Origin: Candidatus Saccharimonadota bacterium
GTDB lineage: Bacteria > Patescibacteriota > Saccharimonadia > Saccharimonadales > Saccharimonadaceae
Assembly: GCA_039920285.1 (NCBI GenBank)
Contig: JBDSDX010000001.1
Span: 90,001 to 122,000 of the forward strand
DNA length: 32,000 nt
Reading direction: 5' to 3'
Under the pieces are notes generated by a model that was not told where the DNA came from, did no database searches, and worked only from the letters and a program-made list of their open reading frames with translations. Positions 15,255 to 23,326 of the stretch are shown here, piece after piece. How positions within the stretch are numbered: the first letter of the stretch is position 1; each line of letters starts with the position of its first letter. Made by a program: the position numbers and the translations under genes.

Positions 15255-16289
15255 ATGACCGCTCGCTTTGCCACAACAGATGAAATCTCCCGCTGGGACA
15301 AATTAATCATCGCCAACCCCGATGGTGGAAACATCTTTTCGAGCATCGAATACGCCGAGCAAAAGAAATTAGGTGAATATAAACCCTTATTCGTCATCGT
15401 CGACACACTCGCAATTACTGTTCTCGAAAAGAAGACTCCCCCACTTGGTAAATTTTGGTACCTCCCAAAAGGCCCGAACGTTGTCACCACAAAGCAACTC
15501 TTCGACACACTCAAACAACTTGAGCCATTTGCCCGATCACACGGGGCCTTCGTTATACGCATTGAGTCAGAACTCCCACGAGAACTCCAGCCCACCCTCA
15601 CACGTCACGGTCTCAAGAAAGCGGCGCCTATCATTCCGAATCCTTCAACCATCACACTAGATATTTCACCAAATTTAGATGAAATCATCGTGAACTTACC
15701 TCAAAAAGGTCGTCACGCGATCCGCCGAGCTGAACGCGACGGCGTCACCATCGAACAGGCTGAAACCTCTGAGAAGAACTGTAAAATCATGTACAAACTT
15801 CTCTCAGAAACCGCCAAAGGACAATTCGGCATCCGTAGTTATAATTACTACAAAGAATACTGGCAACAGTTCTCAGAAGCAGATCTTGGTCAACTTTTCT
15901 TTGCTCATTTTGAAGGGGCAATCGTCGCCGGTGCCTACGCCATGGTCCTCGGCAAAAAAAGTACCTATAAAGATGGTGCTTCGGTTCGAAAACGCACTGC
16001 GTATGGTGCGAGTCACCTTCTCCAGTGGCATGTCATCAAATGGGCTAAGTCTCACGGTGCTCTCGTCCACGACTTTTGCGGATCACCACCTAGTGATGAG
16101 CTCAATAATCCCGATCATCCGCACTATGGAATCGGCCTTTTCAAGACCTCATTCAGTAAGAACGTTGTCGATTTCATCGGCTGTTATGATGTCGTCATTA
16201 GCCCCTTCAAACACAAAGCTTGGGTAAAATTCGGTGAACGAATCTACCGTCACTATTACTACAAACGCACCAAAGATTATTACTACTAA
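15255..16289 (+). CDS. FemAB-family peptidoglycan interpeptide aminoacyltransferase (FemX/MurM-like)
   Basis: ~344 aa with the overall FemAB layout (PKGP..., QKGRHAIRRAERDGV, ...YKDGAS..., LLQWHVIKWAKSHG, YDFCG). I moved the start from 15117 to the ATG at 15255, because the 5' extension runs through a terminator. The C-terminus is Tyr-rich (RHYYYKRTKDYYY). Confidence 0.82.
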   Translation: MTARFATTDEISRWDKLIIANPDGGNIFSSIEYAEQKKLGEYKPLFVIVDTLAITVLEKKTPPLGKFWYLPKGPNVVTTKQLFDTLKQLEPFARSHGAFVIRIESELPRELQPTLTRHGLKKAAPIIPNPSTITLDISPNLDEIIVNLPQKGRHAIRRAERDGVTIEQAETSEKNCKIMYKLLSETAKGQFGIRSYNYYKEYWQQFSEADLGQLFFAHFEGAIVAGAYAMVLGKKSTYKDGASVRKRTAYGASHLLQWHVIKWAKSHGALVHDFCGSPPSDELNNPDHPHYGIGLFKTSFSKNVVDFIGCYDVVISPFKHKAWVKFGERIYRHYYYKRTKDYYY

Positions 16290-16299
16290 GGAGTCCTTA

Positions 16300-17175
16300 A
16301 TGCCACGTATAAACCGCACTGTTCTGATGTCTGACGCCCTGCACTTTAGCGCACTCCAAGCCATTAACCCTTATTATGGCGCCGAGGCTGTCGATCAATC
16401 AGTAGCAGTCGAGGAACACCAATCGATTGCCTCAGCACTCTCGAGCGCCGGTATTGAAATCATCAGCGTTCCCTCACCTACCGATAGCCAAGATGGTGTG
16501 TACACAGCAAACTGGGCGCTCGTTCGGGGTGACAAGGCTATTCTTGCCAGGCTCCCTGACGTCCGTAAGGCCGAAGAGGCCTACGCCGAGACAGTTCTTA
16601 CAAAACTCGGAAAAGAAGTAATTCGCGTGCCCGAAGGGCTCAAATTTAGTGGCCAAGGTGACGCCTTAGCTTGCGGTAACTACCTCTTCTGCGGAAGAGA
16701 CTATCGCAGCGACGAGGCAGCCCAAAAATTTGCCGCAGACATATTGGGATACGAACGAATTCAATTACAAACCATCCCAGAACTAGATGAAAACGGTCTC
16801 GCTATGACTAACAAAGTCTCTGGTTGGGCAGATAGCTTTTTCTACGACATCGACCTGGCACTTTCTATCATCAAAGCGCCAGAAGGTGACCAAAAAGGTC
16901 TTATTGCCTACTGTCCTGATGCATTTATGCCTGAAAGTCGCGAACTACTCGCCGCTTTTGATGGCGTCAACAAGATTGAATTATCACTCGATGAGGCACA
17001 ACATGCTTTTGCTGGAAATCTTGTGTCTACCGGTGAAACAGTTATCATGAGTGCCCACGCACCCGAGCTCAAAGCAAAGTTTGAAGCACTTGGACTCAAA
17101 GTCATAACTCCAGAAATTTCAGAACTCGCCAAAGGTGGCGGGTATATTCGTTGCACCACTCTGACGTTAAACTAG
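16300..17175 (+). CDS. amidinotransferase-fold (guanidino-group modifying) enzyme, DDAH/arginine deiminase-related
   Basis: FSGQGDAL and a C-terminal KGGGYIRCTTLTLN (catalytic Cys context GGGxxRC). ~291 aa, a COG1834-like size. SD AAGGAG lies 7 nt upstream of the ATG at 16300, 10 nt after the FemAB-family stop. Confidence 0.72.
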   Translation: MPRINRTVLMSDALHFSALQAINPYYGAEAVDQSVAVEEHQSIASALSSAGIEIISVPSPTDSQDGVYTANWALVRGDKAILARLPDVRKAEEAYAETVLTKLGKEVIRVPEGLKFSGQGDALACGNYLFCGRDYRSDEAAQKFAADILGYERIQLQTIPELDENGLAMTNKVSGWADSFFYDIDLALSIIKAPEGDQKGLIAYCPDAFMPESRELLAAFDGVNKIELSLDEAQHAFAGNLVSTGETVIMSAHAPELKAKFEALGLKVITPEISELAKGGGYIRCTTLTLN

Positions 17176-18479
17176 TGACTCTTCTTTAGTTCTTGTAGCG
17201 CCGCTCTGGCAACTTCAGCTTCATTCCAAGGGTGAACGCCATCAGCACGCTCAATCGTCTGTTCATGTCCTTTTCCAAGCAGGACAACAACATCGTTCGG
17301 GCCAGTCGCTTGCGTCATCGCAAAGCCAATTGCTTCTTCACGGTTGGCGATCAAGAACAAGTCTTTGCCTTCGACTTTGCCTGATTTCTTTGCACCCTTC
17401 GCAATCTGATTCAAGATGAGTTGTCCATCAATATCACGGTTATCTTCTTCTGTTGCAATAACAATATCAGAACTTTTTCCCGCAATCGCACCTTGTCCGG
17501 CACGTTTTGATTCGTCACGACGTCCAGCTGAACCAAAGACACTAATCAGTTTACCTTTCGTAAGCGGTCGAACGCTTTCAAAGAACTTCTCGAAACCATC
17601 TGGGGTACTTGCAAAGTCAACAATGACCTTAAATTTCTGGCCTTCGTCGATGATATTCATGCGCCCGGCCACGCCATCAAGCGCAGCGATGCCTTTTTCA
17701 ATCTGTACTTTCGTAAGACCAAGTTTTCGACCCACTGCAATCGCTGCTAAACTGTTTGAAACGTTAAATTCACCAGGAATGTTCACTCGAATCTTGTACG
17801 TATCACCGTCAATCTTCGCCGTGTATGTTGAGTGGTCCGAATCAAGCGTCACGTCACTTGCGACAAGTTCACCCTTCCCAATACCATATGTTGTCGAGTT
17901 TGCAACAGTCTTTGCAAACTTAGCTCCGTTTGGGTCTTGAGCATTGGTGACACCAAAACGGAGTCCGTGCTTGTTGGCAATCTTAAAGAGGCGACGTTTG
18001 GCTTCAACATAGTTATGAAAGGTATGGTGGTAGTCCAAGTGGTCGTGTGTAATGTTCGTCATCACGGCAATTTCATAAGGAATTCCCCAGACACGATGCT
18101 GAGCCAAAGAGTGACTTGAGGTTTCAATCACGACCCACTCGACACCAGCCGCTGCATAGTCACGAAGCCGTCGCTGCAAGATACTCGCCTTGGTTGTTGT
18201 CATATGTTCTTTCGTCAAAATGATATCGTCCCCAATACCATTGGCGACAGTCGTCATAAGTCCAACTTTCAAACCAGAATCCTGGAGCAAACGATGAATC
18301 ATAAACGATGTTGTCGTCTTACCATTCGTCCCCGTCACACCAATAACGTGCATCTTACGTCCAGGGAAGCCAAATCGAACGTTCATCAGAACTGCTTCGA
18401 GAAGATGTCCCGTTGGTTCAATTTTTTTGAAGATACCTCGAGGGATCAATTTCTTTACAAGGGTACGAATACTAGTCAT
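17172..18479 (-). CDS. Mur ligase family protein, MurE-like (short N-terminus)
   Basis: P-loop GVTGTNGKTTT at residues 48-57. MurE-type motifs: ETSSHSLAQHRV, TNITHDHLDYHHTFHNYVEAKRRLF, DFASTPD, FGSAGRRDESKR, EEDNRDIDG, LLGKGHE. 435 aa. Confidence 0.82.
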   Translation of the reverse strand: MTSIRTLVKKLIPRGIFKKIEPTGHLLEAVLMNVRFGFPGRKMHVIGVTGTNGKTTTSFMIHRLLQDSGLKVGLMTTVANGIGDDIILTKEHMTTTKASILQRRLRDYAAAGVEWVVIETSSHSLAQHRVWGIPYEIAVMTNITHDHLDYHHTFHNYVEAKRRLFKIANKHGLRFGVTNAQDPNGAKFAKTVANSTTYGIGKGELVASDVTLDSDHSTYTAKIDGDTYKIRVNIPGEFNVSNSLAAIAVGRKLGLTKVQIEKGIAALDGVAGRMNIIDEGQKFKVIVDFASTPDGFEKFFESVRPLTKGKLISVFGSAGRRDESKRAGQGAIAGKSSDIVIATEEDNRDIDGQLILNQIAKGAKKSGKVEGKDLFLIANREEAIGFAMTQATGPNDVVVLLGKGHEQTIERADGVHPWNEAEVARAALQELKKSH

Positions 18480-18485
18480 ATAGCC

Positions 18486-18491
18486 ATTATA
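18486..18491 (-). promoter_or_regulatory. -10 TATAAT 6 nt upstream of the MurE-like ATG (putative leaderless)
   Basis: The minus strand reads ggtaggTATAATggctatATG. It lies in the 13-nt gap after the SGNH gene stop. Confidence 0.4.
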
Positions 18492-18492
18492 C

Positions 18493-21018
18493 CTACCCGC
18501 CTCGATCTTGCGGCGAATTCTTGCGGGTGTATCTTTCGATAGCGATGATACTGAGAAGAATTACCCCTAAAAGCGTGGCTGAAATGACAGCTACTTCGAA
18601 TAGTAAGGTGTCTTTCTTAGAATCTTTTTGTTCCATTACACTCTTTGACACTCTCTGTACTGCGCGTATCTGTGGAATATCGCTGACGCCCAATACAGCT
18701 CCAGGCGAACGATCATCACCTGTTGTGCGCGGTACAGTGGCACTCACCCGCTCAACACTCTTTTCAATATTATTTCCATACGAAATTACCTCATACAGAT
18801 CGATAGAGTGACGTGCATATGATGTTCCGTAAAGATGAATAGAATGAAAACCTTCCACAATATTGTTTGGCAAAGGTAGCTCAACAGCAAGACCTCCTTC
18901 AGAACTCGCTCTTACTCGACCCACTTCCTTGAGATCAGAATGAATCTCAACACGCACTTCAGTATCAGGTTGAAAAGTATGCGACGGAAGTTCAATACTC
19001 AGCTTTGAAAGTGGCGTCAGATGTTCTGAGCGCAAGAACGACGCGTAATATTGCCGTTTATCACCAGTGACGACACCCCAGTAAGCTGGCGGTTCGGGCA
19101 CAGTAGCAGAGCAACTATTACATGTGTGCGGAAGATTAAGATCTCCATACATACGGTTAATCGCTAAGGCTTCGAGCTCGTGACCGATCGGATTCGGATG
19201 AAAGGATTCGTTCCCAATAATCTTGAGTGTCGGTAATACCCCCAGTGGCGCAATGTCATCACCCACTCGAATCCCATTCACTGCACTCGGTAAAGAAGAG
19301 GTGCTACAGAGCTGTCGACCCGTAAGGCTATCTTCAACATCGAGATACGAGATATGCGCGGCCTCTACAGCAGCACGTATCACACTGTTAAGGTACCTCA
19401 CTCCTTCACTAATGAACGTTCTCTCGTCTTCATCAAGCAATACGTTCGTTAGCGGGTCACAAACCCCATGAATAGCAGTAATTTTCGGGTAGCCCACAGC
19501 GTAGATGCGACTCCAAGGCGACGATTCAGTCAGCTGTTTGTATGTTGTCACCAATTTGTCAAAAAGGTCTCGAATTTCAATACCTGTCAGAGAACGTTCT
19601 ATCCCCCTTTTGGCCCATTCACAGGTTCCTGGCATCGCACATGTTTTGAGTTTGGCTGAAAAACCAGCATCATTACCCCCAACGCTCATCGTTATTAATT
19701 TGGGATGATACTGCTCAACAAACAGTGCCTGATAAATACGCCCCGGCAAGAAATCAACGAGCGCATTGGCCTGACTCTTCAAAACATCCGTTCCCCTTAG
19801 TCGATTGTTTTGACCGTTATACTCTTTACTCGTACCGACAATATCGTCGATCCGAGCTCCTGCACAAGCAATACTTTTCACCCCATCAAGTGGGATCATC
19901 ATGTAGGAAGCCAGTAAAAACGGATACGAACGTCGACTGATATGACAGAGATGAACGCCATTGTTGCTCGCGGGTAGATAAAATCTATCATCACTCTCCC
20001 CCTCACCACTGCTAAAGGAGTCTCCTAACGCCAGAAACGGCAATTCTGAAATAGTACGGTAACCAGCTGCACGAATCATCACCCGTTTTGCACCATCCGT
20101 GTATGTCATCACATCTAGTTTCAGCTGACCACCACTCTCTTCAAATTGAGGGTGTGTCCCAAATTTAAATGACGCAATGAAACCATTTGTCGTAAAAACA
20201 ATAACGGGACAGGGAGTATGCTCAGTCGCTGCTGTTTGAGAGAGTGGAAATCCACAAGTAGGATTCACTCGGATAATAGAAAAATCTGCACGAATACCGG
20301 TGATAACAACCGTGCTGCCATCATTACTCACTGCCAATTCTTCAGTTGGATCAACTCCATACCCATAAGGAATTCCTGCATCACGTATCTGTCGTGTTTC
20401 AAGATTCTCAAGATCAATCATTCCCGTCCCGCTTCCAACAAACTCCATCGCTACCCAACGACCATTGCGGGACATACCAATTCCACCAACTCTCAATTTG
20501 TCAAAAACAAAATCTGGATGCTGATTATCGAATGAGTGACTCACCTCTCCTGTTAACAGATCATACTGTCGATGGACTCTCTGTGAGAAATGCCGGTAGA
20601 TAGCAACTCCCATACGATTCGGGGCGGATTCATAACGCACTACCAAGGTATCTTGCTCTGGCGCATATAGACACCCTGTCATATCTGAACACGCACCATC
20701 TAAAGGATAGAATTTCTGATCGAACGGATACGCAATTGCAAACCGTGGTCGTGCACCATCCGCGAAAAAACTTGCCGCTGAAATATGCCTCCCGTCAAAA
20801 AGGCAAAGATTTTGTGACTGAACGTACCCTTCCACCACACGGCGTTCGTATAAACGAGGGCATACTGGGTCCGGATCATAGCTAAATGGTTGTATATTCA
20901 CTACTATGGGTACCCCTCTCCCCCAGTCATTTCCACTATCGGCAAAACTGGTCGCTCCGAGAGCAACATTTAGAAATATTGAGCATATCAAAATGCTCCC
21001 TGCAATAAGGGTCTTCAT
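18493..21018 (-). CDS. secreted, C-terminally membrane-anchored SGNH/GDSL hydrolase with a large N-terminal beta-rich domain
   Basis: Signal peptide MKTLIAGSILICSIFLNVALGATSFA. SGNH blocks: LALGDSFSSGEG (I), MSVGGNDAGF (III), ESFHPNPIGH (V). C-terminal TM LLFEVAVISATLLGVILLSIIAI followed by basic residues. SD GGAGG lies 4 nt upstream of the ATG at 21018. Confidence 0.75.
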   Translation of the reverse strand: MKTLIAGSILICSIFLNVALGATSFADSGNDWGRGVPIVVNIQPFSYDPDPVCPRLYERRVVEGYVQSQNLCLFDGRHISAASFFADGARPRFAIAYPFDQKFYPLDGACSDMTGCLYAPEQDTLVVRYESAPNRMGVAIYRHFSQRVHRQYDLLTGEVSHSFDNQHPDFVFDKLRVGGIGMSRNGRWVAMEFVGSGTGMIDLENLETRQIRDAGIPYGYGVDPTEELAVSNDGSTVVITGIRADFSIIRVNPTCGFPLSQTAATEHTPCPVIVFTTNGFIASFKFGTHPQFEESGGQLKLDVMTYTDGAKRVMIRAAGYRTISELPFLALGDSFSSGEGESDDRFYLPASNNGVHLCHISRRSYPFLLASYMMIPLDGVKSIACAGARIDDIVGTSKEYNGQNNRLRGTDVLKSQANALVDFLPGRIYQALFVEQYHPKLITMSVGGNDAGFSAKLKTCAMPGTCEWAKRGIERSLTGIEIRDLFDKLVTTYKQLTESSPWSRIYAVGYPKITAIHGVCDPLTNVLLDEDERTFISEGVRYLNSVIRAAVEAAHISYLDVEDSLTGRQLCSTSSLPSAVNGIRVGDDIAPLGVLPTLKIIGNESFHPNPIGHELEALAINRMYGDLNLPHTCNSCSATVPEPPAYWGVVTGDKRQYYASFLRSEHLTPLSKLSIELPSHTFQPDTEVRVEIHSDLKEVGRVRASSEGGLAVELPLPNNIVEGFHSIHLYGTSYARHSIDLYEVISYGNNIEKSVERVSATVPRTTGDDRSPGAVLGVSDIPQIRAVQRVSKSVMEQKDSKKDTLLFEVAVISATLLGVILLSIIAIERYTRKNSPQDRGG

Positions 21019-21119
21019 GCCACCTCCAATCATTCACTGTATCTATACCTATTTTAAGCTCGTCCTCAGCAACGAGCAATGCTCATCGCAAAAAGTTAAC
21101 CATGATAAAATATTTACAG

Positions 21120-22199
21120 ATGAGAGTCCTAGGAATCGAAAGCAGTTGTGACGAAACAGCGGCGTCTATCGTTGAAGATGGACACCTCTTGCTGAGTAAC
21201 GTCATTAATTCTCAGATTGATATCCACAAAATCTACGGGGGTGTCGTCCCTGAGATTGCTGCTCGTAGTCATATTGAAGTCATTAACCCTGTTATCAACC
21301 AAGCGCTCACCGATGCCAACCTTACATGGGATGATATCGATGCAATTGCCGTCACCTACGCGCCTGGACTTATCGGCTCACTCCTCATTGGCACACTTGC
21401 CGCTCGAACGCTTGCGATGACGAAGAATAAACCCCTCTACCCTATCCATCACGTCGAAGCCCATGTGTATGCTAACTTCATAACAGATCAGGCACAGGGA
21501 CTCGACCTTCAACTTCCTAAAAAACAACCAACATTCCCCATGCTTGCCTTAATCGTTAGTGGTGGACACTCACAGCTCGTTCTCTTTAAAGACCATGGTG
21601 ATTACGAACTACTCGGACAGACCCAAGATGACGCCGTTGGTGAAGCCTTTGACAAGGTTGCTAAAGTTCTCGGTCTCCCCTACCCCGGTGGTCCCTCAAT
21701 CGCCCAAGCTGCACTCGAAGGTAACCCCAAAGCGTATATACTTCCTAAAGCAAAACTAAAAGGCGCCTACGACTTCAGTTTCTCAGGCCTTAAGACAGCC
21801 GTTCTGCGCGCCGTGCAGCGTGAAGTGGGTGTTGAGACATCTTTCCCCTCGAGAGAGCTTGCAGCCCGTCTCAACGACGTACAGAAGGCGAACTTCGCTG
21901 CTAGTTTCCAACACACCGCAATTGAAACACTTGTCGATAAAGCAGAGGCTGCTTTTAAGGACTACTCCCCTGCTTCTGTCGTCATCGCCGGAGGTGTGGC
22001 CGCAAACCAAGAACTACGCCGTCAACTCTCTGCTCGCCTCCCTCTTCACATCGAATATGCACCAATGAGTCTCTGTACTGACAACGCGGCCATGATTGCC
22101 ACACTCGGTTATTTTTACGCATCTAAAAAAGAAGCAACCTCACCTCTTAACCTTGAAGTGATACCAAGTCTTTCAATGACAAAAACAGCCTGGGCTTAA
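21120..22199 (+). CDS. tsaD: tRNA N6-adenosine threonylcarbamoyltransferase
   Basis: MRVLGIESSCDETAASIV..., HHVEAHV, LIVSGGHSQL, GGVAAN. TAAAAT lies 8 nt upstream of the ATG at 21120. Confidence 0.92.
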   Translation: MRVLGIESSCDETAASIVEDGHLLLSNVINSQIDIHKIYGGVVPEIAARSHIEVINPVINQALTDANLTWDDIDAIAVTYAPGLIGSLLIGTLAARTLAMTKNKPLYPIHHVEAHVYANFITDQAQGLDLQLPKKQPTFPMLALIVSGGHSQLVLFKDHGDYELLGQTQDDAVGEAFDKVAKVLGLPYPGGPSIAQAALEGNPKAYILPKAKLKGAYDFSFSGLKTAVLRAVQREVGVETSFPSRELAARLNDVQKANFAASFQHTAIETLVDKAEAAFKDYSPASVVIAGGVAANQELRRQLSARLPLHIEYAPMSLCTDNAAMIATLGYFYASKKEATSPLNLEVIPSLSMTKTAWA

Positions 22200-22240
22200 C
22201 AGACTGTATTTGACATAAATATATTATTATGTTCTTGTAA

Positions 22241-23215
22241 CTATCGACGTAGTTTTTGTAGTATCTTTTTAGCTGCAGGTAAGCCCTTACTCCAGAGAGC
22301 GTAGGCGGGTGAGAGCGGCTTATCAAAAGTACCAGCGAAGACGGTTTCTTCTTCGGTCCACCCCTGTTTAAAGATCGACACTCCGCCAACAACCAAACCG
22401 CCGAAGTCATATGAGGTAATGCCCCATTCCTTCACTTTTCGAATAGCATGCCATTTGAGCGCGTAATTCGCACGGAGTCGTTGTCCATCCTCATTCATTC
22501 CACCGTACAATTCATACGCATGATCGGCACTAATGGCGAGCCATAAAAATGCGATTGGCTGATCTTCAAGGTAAGCAGCAAAAATAGGGGAGTGGTCGTT
22601 CATCAAATGATGAACGTCGAGGTAATACTGATCACTGTGAAGGTTAAATTTGGCTCGTTCAGCCGTTTGACGGTATACATGAAGACACTTTTCAATATCT
22701 TCCTTGGTCTTGACCATTTTAATCGTAATCCCTTCAGCAGCAGATTTACGAATATACTGACGTGTTTTCTTAGCCATAACAGCCAAAAGATCACTCTCAC
22801 TTTTACTGAGGTCAAGTAACACTGTTTCGGCCGGAAGTACCCGGTTTGCAGACCGACGCCAACCTTCAGGCGCCTCGTAATCGAAACTGTTTGGTTCAAT
22901 CGATAAAGCCACTGATTTATAGTCTCTTTTAACCATAATTGCTAGAGCATTCAAGAACTCGTCTTTATACGCATCGTCAGAGATTGGTCCACGTGGAATA
23001 TAAGCAAATGAGCGGAAAGGAAGTGGGAGATGACGGATAAGAATTTGAGCTGAACCGATCTGTGTATCTTCGTCATAACCGAATACGCGTTCGGCTGTCC
23101 AACCGTGGCCAGCTTTGACTTGTCCCCAACCCCATAGTTGAAGTGGGTGAGCGCCATGCTCAAGTTGATATTCGTTCCATTGCTCTTTATCACTGCACTT
23201 TTGAAGCTCAATCAT
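22241..23215 (-). CDS. FemAB-family peptidoglycan interpeptide aminoacyltransferase, second paralog
   Basis: ~324 aa with the FemAB layout (IPRGP..., KKTRQYIRKSAAEGI, ...YELYGGM..., ALKWHAIRKVKEWG, YDFGG). I took the start at the ATG at 23215. Confidence 0.82.
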   Translation of the reverse strand: MIELQKCSDKEQWNEYQLEHGAHPLQLWGWGQVKAGHGWTAERVFGYDEDTQIGSAQILIRHLPLPFRSFAYIPRGPISDDAYKDEFLNALAIMVKRDYKSVALSIEPNSFDYEAPEGWRRSANRVLPAETVLLDLSKSESDLLAVMAKKTRQYIRKSAAEGITIKMVKTKEDIEKCLHVYRQTAERAKFNLHSDQYYLDVHHLMNDHSPIFAAYLEDQPIAFLWLAISADHAYELYGGMNEDGQRLRANYALKWHAIRKVKEWGITSYDFGGLVVGGVSIFKQGWTEEETVFAGTFDKPLSPAYALWSKGLPAAKKILQKLRR

Positions 23216-23221
23216 ACCTCC

Positions 23222-23227
23222 ATTATA
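23222..23227 (-). promoter_or_regulatory. -10 TATAAT 6 nt upstream of the second FemAB-family ATG (putative leaderless)
   Basis: The minus strand reads ttgTATAATggaggtATG. The GGAGG is only 1 nt from the ATG, too close to act as an SD. Confidence 0.4.
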
Positions 23228-23239
23228 CAACGGGGGTTA

Positions 23240-23248
23240 TGGTATAAT
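23240..23248 (+). promoter_or_regulatory. extended -10 promoter element TGgTATAAT upstream of valS
   Basis: ttaTGgTATAATg lies ~78 nt upstream of the valS GTG. Confidence 0.4.
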
Positions 23249-23326
23249 GAAAACTGATTAAAAAGCGTGAATTTCACTGATTATCTTCATGAGTTCACGT
23301 GAGTTAAAAGAGAGTTAATAATTCGC

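Noticed and set aside
17416-18542. Plus-strand ORFs of 95-174 aa inside the MurE-like gene.
   Set aside because: They are antisense to a gene with unambiguous Mur ligase motifs. Their content is Ser/Pro-rich and low-complexity.
23249-23326. A T-box riboswitch upstream of valS.
   Set aside because: The leader is only ~70-78 nt. It has no specifier-loop/T-box (AGGGUGGNACCGCG-like) sequence and no terminator/antiterminator pair.
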